NCBI RefSeq assembly: GCF_030144855.1
Contig: NC_082715.1
Location: 64,294,001 to 64,358,000, forward strand
Direction: 5' to 3'
DNA length: 64,000 nt
DNA from: Hypanus sabinus
Lineage: Eukaryota
Numbering within the stretch: the stretch's first letter is position 1; each line of letters opens with the position of its first letter. Position numbers and translations under genes: made by a program. Positions 26,805 through 44,307 of the stretch are shown one piece after another. The notes beneath the pieces are model-generated. The model saw only the letters and a program-made list of their open reading frames with translations, did not search any database and was not told where the DNA came from.

Positions 26805-27125
26805 ATAGAAAACACAGTTATTTTGGCCCATCAATCCATGCCAAAACCATTTAAACTGCCTACTCCTATCAACCTGCCCTGTACCATGTACCTGTCCAAA
26901 CTTTGCTTTAACATTGAAATTGAGCTGGCATGCTCATCCACACTCTCATGACCCCTCTGAGTGAAGATGTTTCCCCTCATGTTCTCCTTAAGCATTTTAC
27001 CTGTAACCCATGATCACTGGTTGTTGTCCTACCCAACCTGAATGGAAAAAACCTGCTGGCATTTACCCTATCTATACCCCTCATAATTTTGTATACCTCT
27101 ATCAAATCTCCTCTGTCTTCTGCAT
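26805..27125 (-). mobile_element. CR1 3' fragment
   Basis: ORF 26977-27252 contains RGDLIEVYKIMRGIDRV. Confidence 0.8.
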
Positions 27126-27768
27126 TGTCTATGCTATTCCACATTAATCTGCTCAAATTCTCTATCCCGGCATCATTGATAAGGAATTTGAAACTATGGA
27201 GGTGATGGTGGGTGGACCAAGTCCCTTTCTGCAAAGGGATCAGCTCAAGCAATCTCCTTGATCCTCAAGCAATGTGACCCACTAGCTACAGCAATGTACG
27301 TTTTTTTTTGTCCTTTGGTGGGTGCACTGCTTCCATTGTCGATGTAACATTCTGCGGTCCAGTATGATGACACGTCAGCTGTCCTGGTTCTTTGGGTTCC
27401 CCACCACTCAACTTCATCTGTTAGTAGTGCTTAGTGTCATGGGGAGTTCACATGACATTTCAGAGCTAAGTTGACATATCACTAATTTCCCAGAATAGCT
27501 TTTACTGGGAGGAAGTTAGACCTTAAAAGTCACATCGGTCACTATACCTATAGAAGAAAATAACTGCTTTGCAGATTGTACAGCATACAATTATTGGATG
27601 TGGGACTAACACTCTGGGCAACAGTCTGCATGGATGAGTTGGGCCAATGTGCCTATTACTATTCTGTGAAACTCTGGCTATACTGAATTGGTTCCTGGAG
27701 GGATTGCCTCTGTATGGTGGGCTGCATAAGGATAGACTGAATCTGATGGAACTTTATTTCCTCTGGAG

Positions 27769-27827
27769 CCAGGGTTCTCAACATTTTTTATGCTATGGGC
27801 CCTTACCATTAACCAAGGGGTCCCTTG
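27769..27827. mobile_element. Tiny hAT MITE, same family as 13833-13903, opposite orientation
   Basis: TSD CTCTGGAG / CTCTCGAG (1 mismatch). Internal TACCATTAACCAAGGGGTCC is the reverse complement of the 13.86 kb copy. Confidence 0.7.
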
Positions 27828-28139
27828 CTCTCGAGGTATGAGATCTGATCTCACTGTCAGAATCTGATAGTTGTAGGATAGATGGCATGATCCAGCTGGG
27901 GATTATGGTCCAAATACAGGGTTTGCTGTTAGACTTGAGTAGTGTCAGGAATGCTCCGACTATTTAAATTCTCTACCTCCAGGAGACTGCCGATGTTCAA
28001 TCAGTGAGAGTATTCGAGGCTGAAACTGGTATATCTTTGAACTCGAGGCAAGTCTCAGAATATGGTGAACTGGAGGGAAGGTAGACTTGAATGTCTTTGG
28101 AAATGCTGCTGCTTCTTGAGTTCTAACCATATCAGTCTT

Positions 28140-30582
28140 TGGAATGGGATTTAGCGAACTGCAGAACGCACATCCTGATGGTCTGTTTATTGTTGCCGGT
28201 GATTTTAACCACGTGAACCTTAAGTCAGTGCTCCCCAAATTCCATCAGTATGTGGACTTTGTAACTAGTGGGGAGAACTTATTGGACCTGGTTAACACAA
28301 ACATCCCCGACGTGTACTGGGCAGAGCCCCACCCCTACCTCAGATACTCAGACCACATCCTGTTATGCTAATCCCAGCATACAGACCGCTCATCAGGCAC
28401 TCCAGACCAGTTCAGAAGCTGGTGAAAACCTGGCCAGCAGGAGCCATCTCTGCTCTTCAAGACTGCTTTGAGCACACTGACTGGCACATGTTCAGGGAGG
28501 CTGCAACCGATGGCGACTCTACCAACTTAGAGGAGTACACAGCATCAGTGACCAGCTACATCAGCAAGTGCATTGATGATGTTACTCTGTCCAAGACCAT
28601 CACTATACGTGTCAACCAGAAGCCATGGATGACCGCAGAGGGGCGTGCGCTGCTGAGGTCCCGTGACTCCGCCTTCAGAGCAGGCGACAAGGCAGCTCTA
28701 ACAACAGCAAGGGCCAAACTGTCCCGAGCCATCAGAGGGGCAAAGCGTGCACATGCCCAGCTAATCCACAGTTACTTCCAGGACAGCGGTGACACGCGGC
28801 GCATGTGGAAGGGCATCCAGGACATCACCAATTACAAGACAACATCACCTGACTGTGCAGGTGATGCCTCCGTCCCAGATGCGCTGAATAACTTCTATGC
28901 CCGGTTTGAGGTAGAAAATGAAGTGGCAGCGAGGAAGTCCACCCCTTCTACAAATAACCAGGTGCTGTGTCTCACCGTGGCCAACGTGAGAAGAACCCTG
29001 TGCAGGGTCAACCCATGGAAGGATGCTGAACGAGACAACATCCCTGGTAGAGTGCTCAGAGGATGTGCAGACCAGCTAGCAGATGTTCTCACTGACATCT
29101 TCAACATCTCCCTGAGCAGTGCCACCATTCCAACGTGCTTCAAGACCGCCACCATCGTCCCTGTGTCGAAGAAGTTTTCAGAGTCCTGCCTAAATGACTA
29201 CTGTCCCATTGCACTTACCTGCATCATCATGAAGTGATTGGAGAGGTTCGTCATGAGGCATATCAAGACCCTGCTGCCCCCCTCACTGGACTCACTGCAG
29301 TTTGCTTACCGTCCCAACCGCTCAACAGATGACGCCATTGCCACCACCCTCCACCTGGCCCTAACCCACCTGGACAAAAAAGACACATACGTTCGGATGC
29401 TGTTCATAGACTTCAGTTCAGCATTCAACACAATCATCCCTCAGAAACTGATTGGAAAGCTGAGTCTACTGGGCCTGAACACCTCCCCCTGTAACTGGAT
29501 CCTAGACTTCCTGACTGGGAGACCTCAGTCAGTCCGGATCGGGAGCAACATCTCCAACACCACCACACTGAGCACAGGGGCTCCCCAGGGTTGCGTGCTC
29601 AGTCCACTGCTGTTCACTCTGCTGACCCACGACTGTGCTGCAACACACAGCTTGAACCACATCATCAAGTTCGCCGATGACAGGACCGTGGTGGATCTCA
29701 TCAGCAAGGACGATGAGTCAGCTTCCAGAGAAGAGGTGCAGCAGCTAACGGACTGGTGCTGAGCCAACAACCTGTCTCTTAATGGGAACAAAACAAAAGA
29801 GATGGTTGTTGACTTCAGGAGGGCACGGAGCGACCACTCTCCGCTGAACATCAATGGCTCGTTAGTAGAGATCGTAAAGAGCACCAAATTTCTTGGTGTT
29901 CACCTGATGGAGAATCTCACCTGGTCCCTCAACACCAGCTCCATAGCAAAGAAAGCCCAGAAGCATCTCTACTTTTTGCGAAGGCTGAGGAAAGTCCATC
30001 TCCCACCCCCCATCCTCATCACATTCTATAGGGGTTGTATTGAGAGCATCCTGAGCAGCTGCATCACTGCCTGGTTCGGAAATTGCACCATCTCGGATCG
30101 CAAGACCCTGCAGTGGATAGTGAGGTCAACTGAGAAGATCATCTTCCTGCCATCACAGACATTTACACTACGCGCTGCATCCGCAAAGGAAACAGCATTA
30201 TGAGGGACCCCACACACCCCTCATACAATCTCTTCTCCCTCCTGCCATCTGGGAAAAGGCTCGGAAGCATGCGGGCTCTCACAACCAGACTATGTAACAG
30301 TTTCTTCCCCCAAGCTATCAGACTCCTCAATACCCGAAGCCTGGACTGACACTTTGTCCTAGTGTCCTTTTGATTATTTATTGTAATGCCTGCACTGTTT
30401 TTGTGCACTTTTTGCAGTCCAGTGTGTAGGTCTGTAGTCTAGTGTAGCTTTCTGTGTTTTTACATAGTTCAGTGTCATTTTTGTACTGTTTCATGCAGCA
30501 CCATGGTCTGGAAAAACGTCTCTTTTTTACTATGCACTGTACCAGCAGTCATGGTCAAAATGACAATAAAAGTTGACTTGAC
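28140..30582 (+). mobile_element. Rex1/Babar-like non-LTR retrotransposon, near-complete EN-RT ORF with a few disablements
   Basis: Consecutive ORFs 28144-28371 (AGDFNH endonuclease), 28365-29237, 29238-29762 ([29 protein letters not shown]) and 29802-30203. 3' AATAAA + GACTT repeats. Confidence 0.92.
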
Positions 30583-30726
30583 TTAACCTGCAACCACCTG
30601 CTTCTAGTGTGGGTTTCCTGCAGCTGCAAGGTAACTACCCAATTAAAAACATTAAATGAATGGATTCAAAGGTAATTTAAAATTGGAATGTAAACTTGAT
30701 TTCAAGAGGTATCAAAAATGCAGATA

Positions 30727-32191
30727 CAGTGGATTCCAGTTAATTGGGCCCTCAGTTAATCAGGACAGCTGCTTATCTCGGACAACTAAAGAACAAAAAC
30801 TAATTGAGAAAATAGCAAGGATTCCTTTTGTTTATTTGCAACTCTACGCTTATTTGGGACAGGAGAATATCGCCAAATTTTCTACCTAGCTTCAGTCGTG
30901 TGCAGTTTTATGGTCACTAAACATTGCATTGCTGAGAGTGAGCAGTTTTAACCAGCATCAGTTGTGTGTGTTTGTGTTCAAAATAAGTAGCAAGACAATT
31001 GAGAACTTTTTTTTCCACTGCGGTTTCAAACTTCCAGGCCCAGAGATGCCCAGACATGGCCGGGAGTGGAAATGAAACTCTTTCACTACTTTCACAGGTT
31101 AGGAGCTGTGAAGCATTTGAAAGTATTGCCAGTCATACTGAATGTTACAATGAAAATGTGTAAGATGCAATTGTTGAAAGCATTGCATGAGGCAGTCCAT
31201 TATCTGCATGCACCATGTGTCTACGTTGATGTTGTTCATTTATCGTCAATCAAAAAAAAAGGCAGATAATTGGATGAATTCCTAAGTCAATAAATATTAG
31301 GAACTACAGTTTTATCGCACTGAAGTAGTATTGATGGTGTTCTAATTTGTTCTGTATTTCATTTAAGTACATAATTTATTACACAGTTAAATGGAAGTTT
31401 GCCTTTTTATTCCTTTTTAACTATTTCTGGGAAACTTTGGCTAATTGGGGCAGCCACTTAATTGGGCCAAAATGACCAACTGGCTGGTGTGTTCACAGAT
31501 ATCATCAGCTTCTCACTCTGGGTGTCTGTGGTACCCACCTGCTTCAAGCAGGCTTCAATCATACCAGTGCCCAAGAAGAGTTTGTTAACCTGCCTCAGTG
31601 ACTGTCGTCCAGTGGCACTTGCATCCACACTGACCAAGCATATCAGCTCCTGTCTGAGTGGTGACTTGGATCCACTCCACTTTGCATCATAGGTAAAGCC
31701 CTCCGAACTATTGAGCTCATTTACATGAAACGTTGCTGTAGAAAAGCAGCATACTCATCAAAAATCCTCACCACCCAGGCCATGCTCTTTTCTCATTGCT
31801 GCCGTCTGGTATAAGGTACAAGTGCTTCAGGACTTGTACGACCAGGTTCAAGGACAGTTACTGCTCTTCCACCACCAGGCTCTTTAACAAAAGGGGATAA
31901 CTATGTTCATTCTATTTCTATTCCCACAACCGATGGGTTTCACTTTAAGGACTCTTTATTTTGTTAGTTCATGCTCTCATTATTTATTACCATTTGTTTA
32001 TATTTGCATTTGCACAGTTTGTACTTCATTGATCCTGCTTACAGTTACTGTTCTATAGATTTGCAACGTATGCCCGTAGGATGAATAATCTCACGGTTGT
32101 ATGGGTGACACGTATATACACTGATAATTTTTACTTTGAACTTTTAATTTTGAATTGGTCCCAGTGAGTCACAATTGACTGAAATCCACTG
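30727..32191. mobile_element. TcMar-Tigger/pogo-like non-autonomous DNA transposon, interrupted by a LINE
   Basis: TA TSDs (30725-6 / 32192-3) and ~24-bp TIRs CAGTGGATTCCAGTTAATTGGGCC / GTCACAATTGACTGAAATCCACTG. Confidence 0.8.
31472..32150 (+). mobile_element. Internally deleted Rex1/Babar-like LINE nested in the Tigger element
   Basis: DQLAGVFTDI...VPTCFKQASIIPVPKK...RPVAL and an ACTTTGA-type tail. Confidence 0.8.
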
Positions 32192-32564
32192 TATTTTCTT
32201 TCAAATTACATTAAATCTGTTTCATTCGCTATGTTTTGAAGAATGAACGCATTAGACAAAGCATTACAGAGAAACGCAATTTGACTTGTCAGCTTGTTGA
32301 TTGAAGTGGTAACTTTATTGGTTCTGTGTTTAGAATATTGTGAATTATTCATGATTTGTTAAAAGGTCATTCGAGGAATTGCTCTTTGAATAATCTGTTA
32401 TTGAGAAATTTGAGAGTAAATTGGTGTCTGGATTTAAGGTTGTATTTAGATCAATAAAGTTTGGTAGTTCATTTTTAATCTTAAGTGAATTTTTAAAGAA
32501 ATGTATAGTTCCTTGCCATATATTAATGTTTTGCTATTTCCAAATGGGGGAAAATTGGCATAAA

Positions 32565-32812
32565 GTTTTACCGTGCCAGCGACCAGGGTTCAATTACTGC
32601 CACGACCTGTACGGTATTTGCACGTTCCCCATGAGTCCGTGTGGGTTTCCTCCAGGTGCTCCGGTTTCTTCCCATAGTCCAAAGACGTACCAGATGGTAG
32701 GTTAAATGGTCATTGTAAATTATCCCGTGATGAAGCTGGGATTAAATTGAGGGATTGATGGGTATTTCGGCTGAAAGGGTTTATTTCACGCTGTATCTCA
32801 TTAATTAAATAA
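32565..32812 (+). mobile_element. tRNA-derived SINE (HE1/V-SINE-like)
   Basis: B-box-like GGTTCAATT and core GTGGGTTTCCTCCAGGTGCTCCGGTTTCTTCCCA..CCAAAGAC. Confidence 0.75.
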
Positions 32813-33996
32813 ATCCAACTTCTATTAACAATTTTGTACTTCACCAATAAACCAGAACTGAAAAAAATTCATTGTTTTTTATTGCATTGAGTTCATTACA
32901 AACAAAAGCAGAAAGAGACAAGCTCAGCAAACTGTTTGAAATGGCTCATCTGTGGAATTTGCTACCAGTGGATTTTCCATTCTTTGTTCTGTCATTGGAA
33001 TGCAAAGCACAGAATCCCCTTAAAACATTATAAGTTGTGACAGTTGCCTGCATTGGTTTTCAGTGACGGTGGATCCAAACGTATGTTACATTTTGCAAGT
33101 GTGCCAAAAAGTTAGTGTTTGTTTTCTTATTTTTTTCTCTTGGAGTTATAGACAAGTTTTCTCACTTTTTTTAAAAAAAATAGTACTACATATGTTTTTA
33201 ATTGATCTCAGGCCTTCAGTGTTATTGAGATTTTGTAGTTTGTAAAATACAAATGGCTAATTTGTTTATTGATATCAATTGACAGCCACTGTCTGTTAAT
33301 AACAAAGCACTATTGCCAGTGGGGGTGCATTCTTGTGTTTAAAGTGCAGTGAAAATTGCTACTATTTTGTGTGTTTCTGAATGCCTTTCATTCTTGTTTG
33401 TGCTGCTTTTATTAGTCACTGGTTGACAGGGTCTCCTGTAGAGTTTAATAATTACTGTTGGAATAAATGCCAGTTTAAAATCCTGGTTTTATGCTAAATT
33501 TATTGATTATCACCTAGGATGCCAGTTGTGGCAATAGAGCAATCTTTGGTGCAGAGGGAAAATCAGCCTTTAATACGTAGTTGGGTTAGCTTCTGGGAAG
33601 ACATGTTGCAAGAATAATTAGGCACCTGTTGAGGATTGAATTGGGTTTTACCAAAACAGACAACATGGTGTCCATTTTAGTAAAACCACCATCAGTATAC
33701 TGAGAATTGCATCTCAAAAAGTCTGCATGTCTAAGCTGCTTTGGCTGGTGACCTGTGGTAAGGTCTGAATGGTATGTAGCATCCTGATGTTGTAAGCAAC
33801 TGTTGACAAAGAAATCAGCCTCTCGGGTTAATAGCATTTCACCAGAAAAGGTCTTAGTTACAGAGAAAGGAATGGGTAGTAGAAAAGAGGGAACATTTGT
33901 GTTGGGCTGGAGACCAAGAGAATCCATTTGCCTGGTGGTGATCAGTCCGGAGGAGATAAAAATGTTAAATCTACATTATAGAGCACTGTCGGATAG

Positions 33997-34295
33997 AGGT
34001 GCCACAGTAACGTAGTGGTGTGTGTAATGCTTTACAGCAGCAGCAATTGGGAGATTGTAGTTTGATGCCTGGCATTTTCTCGAAGGTGGTGTATGTTTGG
34101 GTTTCCCTCAGCTCCTTCCGTTTTCTCCTACAAACTAAAGACATAGAGGTTAGGGGTCAGTAAATTGTGGGCAAGCTCAGTTGGTGCTGAAAGACTGGAG
34201 ATGCGTGCATGTTGCCCCGAGCACTGTGGCCATTCATATAAACGAACTTCGCTGTGCAGTATGTTTTGATGTACATATGACCAATAAAACTAATC
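33997..34295 (+). mobile_element. tRNA-derived SINE, degenerate
   Basis: A-box-like GTAACGTAGTGG, V-SINE-like core, AATAAA tail. Confidence 0.6.
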
Positions 34296-36189
34296 TTTCG
34301 GATACAAGTTGCTGGAAATCTGAAAGAGAAAAACTGTTGAAGATACTTAGCAAGTCAGGCAGCCTTGGTAGAGAGTAAAAACAGCTTGCCTTCAGAGAAG
34401 ACTGGTTATCTAGAGTTGTTAAATAAAGGGGAAGGTCTTTTATTTGAATTTACTTTGTATGTCCCTTGACTTTGTTGGGTAGGTGTTCAGCATAGAATGG
34501 GAAGGTAATGGAGAATTAAATGAGTGAGGAAACTGGAAGCATGATCACCTTTAGAAGTGTTTTGTAGTATGATTTCATTTCTTGTTCCACCCCCTGTGCA
34601 GAGGAGGGCACGTTGTTAGCTCCAAATGCAGTACTTTAAACTGAAACAAATACAGGTTGCTGTTTTTATCTGAAAGGAATGCTTGGTCCCTAGTTGGTGG
34701 GATAGTGTGTGTTGCTTTTCCTGTGGTTGCATTGGAAGGCAGCACTTATAAAGGCAATTACGTATGGTTAGTAAATGGGAGTTGGGGACGCCACTTTCCT
34801 TGTTGTCTATTGCTGACATCTATTTGAAAGAAGTTAACTTTATGGAGTATAATAAACCTGTGGTAGCTGGAGATGAGGTAACCATGCACTTGAAAGGGAA
34901 TGATCCTTTATTGGAAGCTCTGTTCAGAATAGTTTTTGAAAACTTGCTGTCATAGCTTCAAATCTCATTACTGAACCCCTATACAGCCATCTGCATAATA
35001 GCACATGTTATCTCCCTGTGTCAGTTTATCTGCTGCTGACATCCTCATCCAACACTTCTGTTTATTTTGTCATTCTAGCTTGCTTCTGGCAATTCTCTCT
35101 CATTTAACTCGGTGGTTCTGTCCTAGCTTGCACGGAGCTAGTTATTATGAGCCTGCATTATGAGCTATGCTGAATCCTTGAAATGAAGTGCCATTTCATT
35201 TTTTAATGTTCTAAATCCATGGTTTCACACCCTCTCAATCTACTCCACTGGATTTCTGTGCTCCTCTATTCTGGTCTCTTGAATTTGGTTCCTCCCTTTT
35301 TGTCAGTGTCTTCTGTTGCCCCAGGCTATGAATTGCTTTTCCATTCTTCCTCCCTTCTCTCAGTCAGTCCTCAGAACCAATTATTTGACCAAGTTTTGGT
35401 TCTCTCCCTAAAACTACATCCAGTAAATTGGCATTGGATTTATTTGTGTTAAATATCCCATATAAATATCAATCTTTTTCTTATTTCTGTTAATTAGACT
35501 CTGCAAATGATTTGCATTTACCAAAACAACAAAAGCATGAAGTATTTTATTGGGCTGCAAAAAATGCAACTTGAGGATATGAATTTAAAGGCATTTTACT
35601 GGAATTACTGGATAAAATCAGTTTTATTCATTCACGATATATTTCTCTGCCCTCATCGTTACCCCACTCACTGTCCTGACCTTCAACCACCCAAACCATT
35701 TTTTCCCCTTTTTCTTATGCAGCCTTGGCCAATCTCTTATAGTCTTCTCTTTTGCTATATATTCTTTTTATATGTAAGTAAGTATAGAATGCCCAGGGTA
35801 CTTCATCATGATTTTGAAATGGCAGTAGTTGTGCTAAGTAGTGACTGGGACATCTGCAATGGCTTTTGAGATGCTGTATTTGCAGAAATATTCAGATTGA
35901 AGTCTGCATTCTAAATCTTCTTGTGCACATTGTAGATTGAACATTGTTTACCTAGGTTACATGTGCCAGTTAATTGTTGGACTATTTGTACTGATTAGGA
36001 CACTTTTAATCATGTTGCTGGTAACATTAAGTGTTGTGGGTTTGTACACTATCCAATGCATGATTGTTTTTGTTGGATCATATGCAAAATGCTCTTTAAA
36101 AAATGGGGAAAACATTTACAAACCCTGAAGTGCAAAGTGGCACGGGAGTACTCGTTCAGGATTCCCTGAAGGTTAGTTTGCAGACTGAA

Positions 36190-37099
36190 TCTACACCTCG
36201 GACTTCAACTACTGCACAGAGTCTTGCCATCTTCAGAAGTTTTCTGATGACTCTGCCATAGTTGGATGCATCAGCAAACGGAGATGAGGTTGAGTACAAG
36301 GTTACAGTGGGAAACTTTGTCACATGGTGTGAGCAGAATCATCTTCAGCTTAATGTGAAAAAGACGAAGGAGCTGGTGGTGGACCTGAGGAGGGCCAAGG
36401 CACCAGTGACCCCTGTTTCCATCCAAAGAGTCAGTGTGGACATGGTGGAGGATTACAGATACCTGGGGATATGAATTGACAATAAACTGGACTGGTCAAA
36501 GAACACTGAGGCTGTCTACAAGAGGGGTCAGAGCCGTCTCTATTTCCTGAGGAGACTGAGGTCCTTTAACATCTGCCGGACGATGCTGAAGATGTTCTAC
36601 GAGTCTGTGGTGGCCAGTGCTATCATGTTTGCTGTTGTGTGCTGGATCAGCTGGCTGAGGGTAGCAGACACCAACAGAAACAACAAACTCATTCGTAAGG
36701 CCAGTGATGTTGTGGGGGTGGGACTGGACTCTCTGACGGTGGTGTCTGAAAAGAGGATGCTGTCCAAGTTGTATGCCTTCTTGGACAATGTCTCCCATCC
36801 ATGCCATAATGTACTGGTTAGACACAGGAGTGCATTCAGCCAGAGACTCATTCCACCGAGATGCAACACTGAGCATCGTAGGAAGTCATTCTTGCCCGTG
36901 GCCGTCAAACTTTACAACTCCTCCCTCGGACTGTCAGACACCCTGAGCCAATAGGCTGGTCCTGGACTTAATTCCACTTTACTTATTATTATTCAATTAT
37001 TTATGGTTTTATATTGCTATATTTCTTGACTATTCTTGGTTGGTGCAACTGTAACGAAACCCAATTACCCTTGGGATCAATAAAGTATGTCTGTCTGTC
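36190..37099 (+). mobile_element. Rex1-like LINE 3' part (second subfamily)
   Basis: QKFSDDS, LQLNVKKTKELVVDLRR, FYESVVASAI...RRKSFLPVAVKLYN; AATAAA-(TCTG)n tail. Confidence 0.88.
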
Positions 37100-37631
37100 C
37101 GAATCAGTGGTGAGGAAAGCAAATATAATGTTGCCATTCATTTTGGTAGGACTAGAATATGACAGCACCGAGGTAATGTTGAGACTTAATGAAGCACTGG
37201 TGAGGCCTCACTTGGGAGCTTTGTCAGCAGTTTTGGGCACCTTATCAAAGAAAGGATTTGCTAAAATTGAAGAGGGTTCAAAGGAGGTTCACAAGAATGA
37301 TGCCAGGATTGAAATGCTTGACATAGAAGAAGTGTTTGGCTCAGGCCTCTACTGACTAGAATTCAGAAGAATGAGGGGAGTGGATGTGGAAAGGTTGTTT
37401 CCTATGGTGGGAGAGTCCATGACCAGGGGACACAGACTCAGAATAAAGGATGTCCTTTTAGAATAGAGATGAGGAGTTCCTTTAGCCAGAATGTAGTGAA
37501 TTGGTGGAATCTGTTGCCACAGGCAGCTGTGGAGACCAAGTCATTGGGTGTATTTCAGGCAGGGGTTGATAGATTCTTGATTCATGAAGGGATACGGGGA
37601 GAAGGCAGGAAATTGGGATGAGGGAGAAAAT

Positions 37632-38380
37632 GGATCCTCGGCAGAGATTATTAAGAGCACAAAATTTCTTGGTGTTCACCTGGCGGAGAATCTCACCTGG
37701 TCCTTCAACACCAGCTCCATAGTAAAGAAAGCCCAGCAGTATCTCTTTCTGCAAAGGCCGAGGAAAGTCCATCTCCCACCCCCCCCATCCTCATCACATT
37801 CTACAGGCATTGTATTGAGAGCATCCTGAGCAGCTGCACCACTGTCTGGTTTGGAAATTGCACCATCTCAGATCGCAAGACCCTGCAGTGAATAGTGAGG
37901 TCGGCTGAGAAGGTCATCGGTGTCTCTCTTCCCGATAGCACAGACATTTACACTATACTCTGCATCCACAAAGCAAACAGCATTATGAAGGACCCCACGC
38001 ACCCCTCATACAAACTCTTCTCTCTCCTGTTGTCTCGGAAAAGGCACAGAAGCATTTGGGCTCTCATGACCAGACTATGTAACAGTTTCATCCCCCAAGC
38101 TATCGGACTCCTCAATACGCAGAACCTGGACTAACACCTTACTGCCTTATTGTCCTGTTTATTATTTACTGTAATGCCTGCACTGTTTTGTGCACTTTAT
38201 GCAATCCTGGGTAGGTCTGTAGTCCAGTGTAGTTGTTTTTTACTCTCTGTTGCTTTTTACGTAGTTCAGTCTAGTTTTTGTACTGTGTCATTTAACACCA
38301 TGGTCCTGAAAAACGTTGTCTCATTTTTAATATGTATTGTACATAGCAATTATGGTTGAAATGACAATAAAAGTGACTTG
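37632..38380 (+). mobile_element. Rex1/Babar-like 3' fragment (28-kb family)
   Basis: High similarity to 29860-30582. Confidence 0.88.
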
Positions 38381-39874
38381 AAAAAATGGTGGAGCAGGCT
38401 CGATGGGCTAAATGGCCTAATTTTGCTCTTATATCTCGTGGTCTTTAAAAATGGATGTGTTTTGTTTCTTTGTTCATAAACCAGATGATTTCAGCAAATA
38501 GTTACGTTAAACTAGTGCCAGCCTAATGTCCCAAGCCGGGTTAGGGTTGTGGAATCTTGCTGCTGACTGAAGTATATTGACCCTGACTGTCGTAAATGCA
38601 TTAGTATTCATCTTTGAGGGAAGTGGCAGATAATGGCCTGTTCATAAAGAATGGCTAATCTGGATCAAGTGCTGCTACTTTGACCCCTGTATTTCAATGA
38701 AATTGTAATCTTTTATTTTCCATTGCTTGTCTTCAATTAGAATAGTTTCACATAAGGGGAAAAGCTGTAATGTTTCAATTTATCATTTCAGTAATTCTGA
38801 ACAGAAAAATTGCAGACAATAGTCAGCTATTACATTGCATACAGTACGTGCATGCTTTTTTGACTAACACGCCAGTATTCTTATAAACTACATCATGCCA
38901 GACCACAAAAACAATAAAATCTCAACTATTTTCAGAAATGTAACTTGCTTTCAATGGTTTTATGATCCCAATAATAGTTTGCATTGATGTATTTCCTTTT
39001 AATTTAGTCAGTTCGCAGAATACTTCAGGTTAATGTTGCACAGCTCACTGTTGTCTGTTGTTCATATGATGTGACTGTTTTTCATCATTACACTTAGCTG
39101 TTAAGTGACTTGTATGAAATCAGTTCCTGCCTGAGGTAGAATGTTATCCTAAAAGTGTGCCATGTTTTTTCAAAGGGGGAGTTTATTCATCACTTTTATC
39201 TTGAATAGAGTGGAAATGAAGGCTAGACAGATTTCATAACATCTTCTGAAATGATGACAGTTAAGAGAATGCCCAAATACCACCCTTTATTGGTAGAGAT
39301 TTTTGTCTGGCATCTCAACACAAACTTTATGTAAGAATTATTATTGGCCAAGAGCTGCCATCCTTCTGTGGTTCATGTTGTATTTAACTAATAATGTAGA
39401 GATGAGGAATTTCCAGCTGTTCAGTATTGTTGACTTCAATTAATCCATCTTTAGTATTCTAATACTTTATAGGTTCCAAGAAGGCAATTTATACTATCAA
39501 AAGCTGTTATCACCACATATTTCTGTATATGTTTAGAATCTGAAGATCATACACAAAAAGGCAATAACAGCTGCTGTGAATTTCCTTGTAATTTCATTTG
39601 TTTTGGATATTGCCAGGGCATTCTTTTAGAATTAGATTTTGACTGGTTTTGGTCTTTTTAAAGTTACTTTCATAGCCTTTTGTTTTGGTCTGTTAAGTTT
39701 TGTTTGACTTGTAACACTTTTGGATCAAGATTTTGGAGCACAAATAGAAATAAGGCATGTTTGAAGCATGTTTTGTGACTGATGTGACACATGTTTGTAT
39801 AAAATTGTGACTAAATAAATAAGATTCAGAACACAAAGGAAGAAGTGGAGAGGAGAGAACGATGTGCGTGGTTT

Positions 39875-40350
39875 CTAGATTCAAGGTTGTTTGTCATTTC
39901 CGGTACACAAGTGTAAAGGAGAACAAAATAATTGTTGCTCTGGATCTGATGCTGCACAAAGTAACCCCACAAAAGATAAAGAACTCAATAATATTGATGA
40001 ACATAATAATTATATACAAGATGGCTTTGTATATTGATTCATGGTGATGCTAACTGACAGGAAAGTATAAAGTAGTGTTGGGTATAAAGTAGTGTAGAGG
40101 TGTTGATCAGTCTTACTGCTTGGGGAATGAAACTGCATTTGAGACTGGTGGTCCCGGCGTGGATGCAACATAGCCTCTTACCTGATGCAAGCGAGATAAG
40201 CAGTCCATGAACAGGGTTGGTAGGATCTTTCATGATGCTGGCATTCTTCTAGCACCTTTCTGTATATATATCCTTAATAGCAGGTGTGCTGGTGATGTGT
40301 CGGGCAGTTTTGCTTACCCGTTGTGGAGTCTTCCAGTCTTGTCACAGTGG
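39875..40350 (-). mobile_element. Rex1/Babar-like 3' fragment
   Basis: ORF 40039-40233 MKDPTNPVHGL..SL.SGKRL...SFIPQAVRLIN. Confidence 0.8.
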
Positions 40351-40559
40351 AGCTCTGTTGGAAAGAATCTAGGTGCTACGCTTTGGGAAGAGAACTCCTC
40401 TTGGATTGTTCTCCCATTTGTGTCACTTGGCATTTCGGTTTCCAACACTGCTTTCTTTTCCCTTGGACAGATTGCTGCTTTTGGGAAAAACTCACCTATA
40501 TTTTGGATTTTTGTTGCTCTGATTTTTCAGCTGCTGTTCTGCAATATTTTTAGTTCAAG

Positions 40560-43870
<3,311 letters not shown>

Positions 43871-44307
43871 AATGACATTAGTGTTTGATAAGGATGCCCG
43901 TAAGAGTTTGGTGTTACAATATACCAATTACACTTGCATGTGAATGCTTCTGGTAACTGAGCTCCAAGTCCCAGCTAACTCATTTACAGAAGCATTTGAA
44001 AAATTAGACAACACATTCCATCCACAAAACAAAGTTTCTCTATCAACCTCCTCTTTTGCACAACACCATGAGAAAGCTCTGCAATGAGACTCTAGAAACT
44101 GTTCCATATTAAGCAGCATCCACTCATTTAAAATGGTGGTGATATCCACTGTCCTCTCTGTGTCAGGACATTCTTTAACCATCTGAGATCAAGTAATTTG
44201 AAGATCAAACTGGTTCAAGGCTGATGGACTGCCGGGCAGCAACAATTCCTTCAGTTGTATGCTGTTCAGGTGTGGGATGAACCTCAAGGCACCAGAGTGA
44301 TACCACC

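Larger units (their letters stand above)
36130..38445 (+). mobile_element. CR1 3' fragment split by two Rex1-like insertions
   Basis: CR1 pieces at 36130-36190, 37100-37630 and 38385-38445 are collinear when joined. Confidence 0.75.

Noticed and set aside
33200-33245. 'IDLRPS' as possible PXDN exon 2 (DLRFN...)
   Set aside because: No LRR continuation and no AG acceptor in the right phase.
32565-34295. A/B-box-like sequences as tRNA genes
   Set aside because: They continue into SINE cores and cannot form a cloverleaf; annotated as SINEs.
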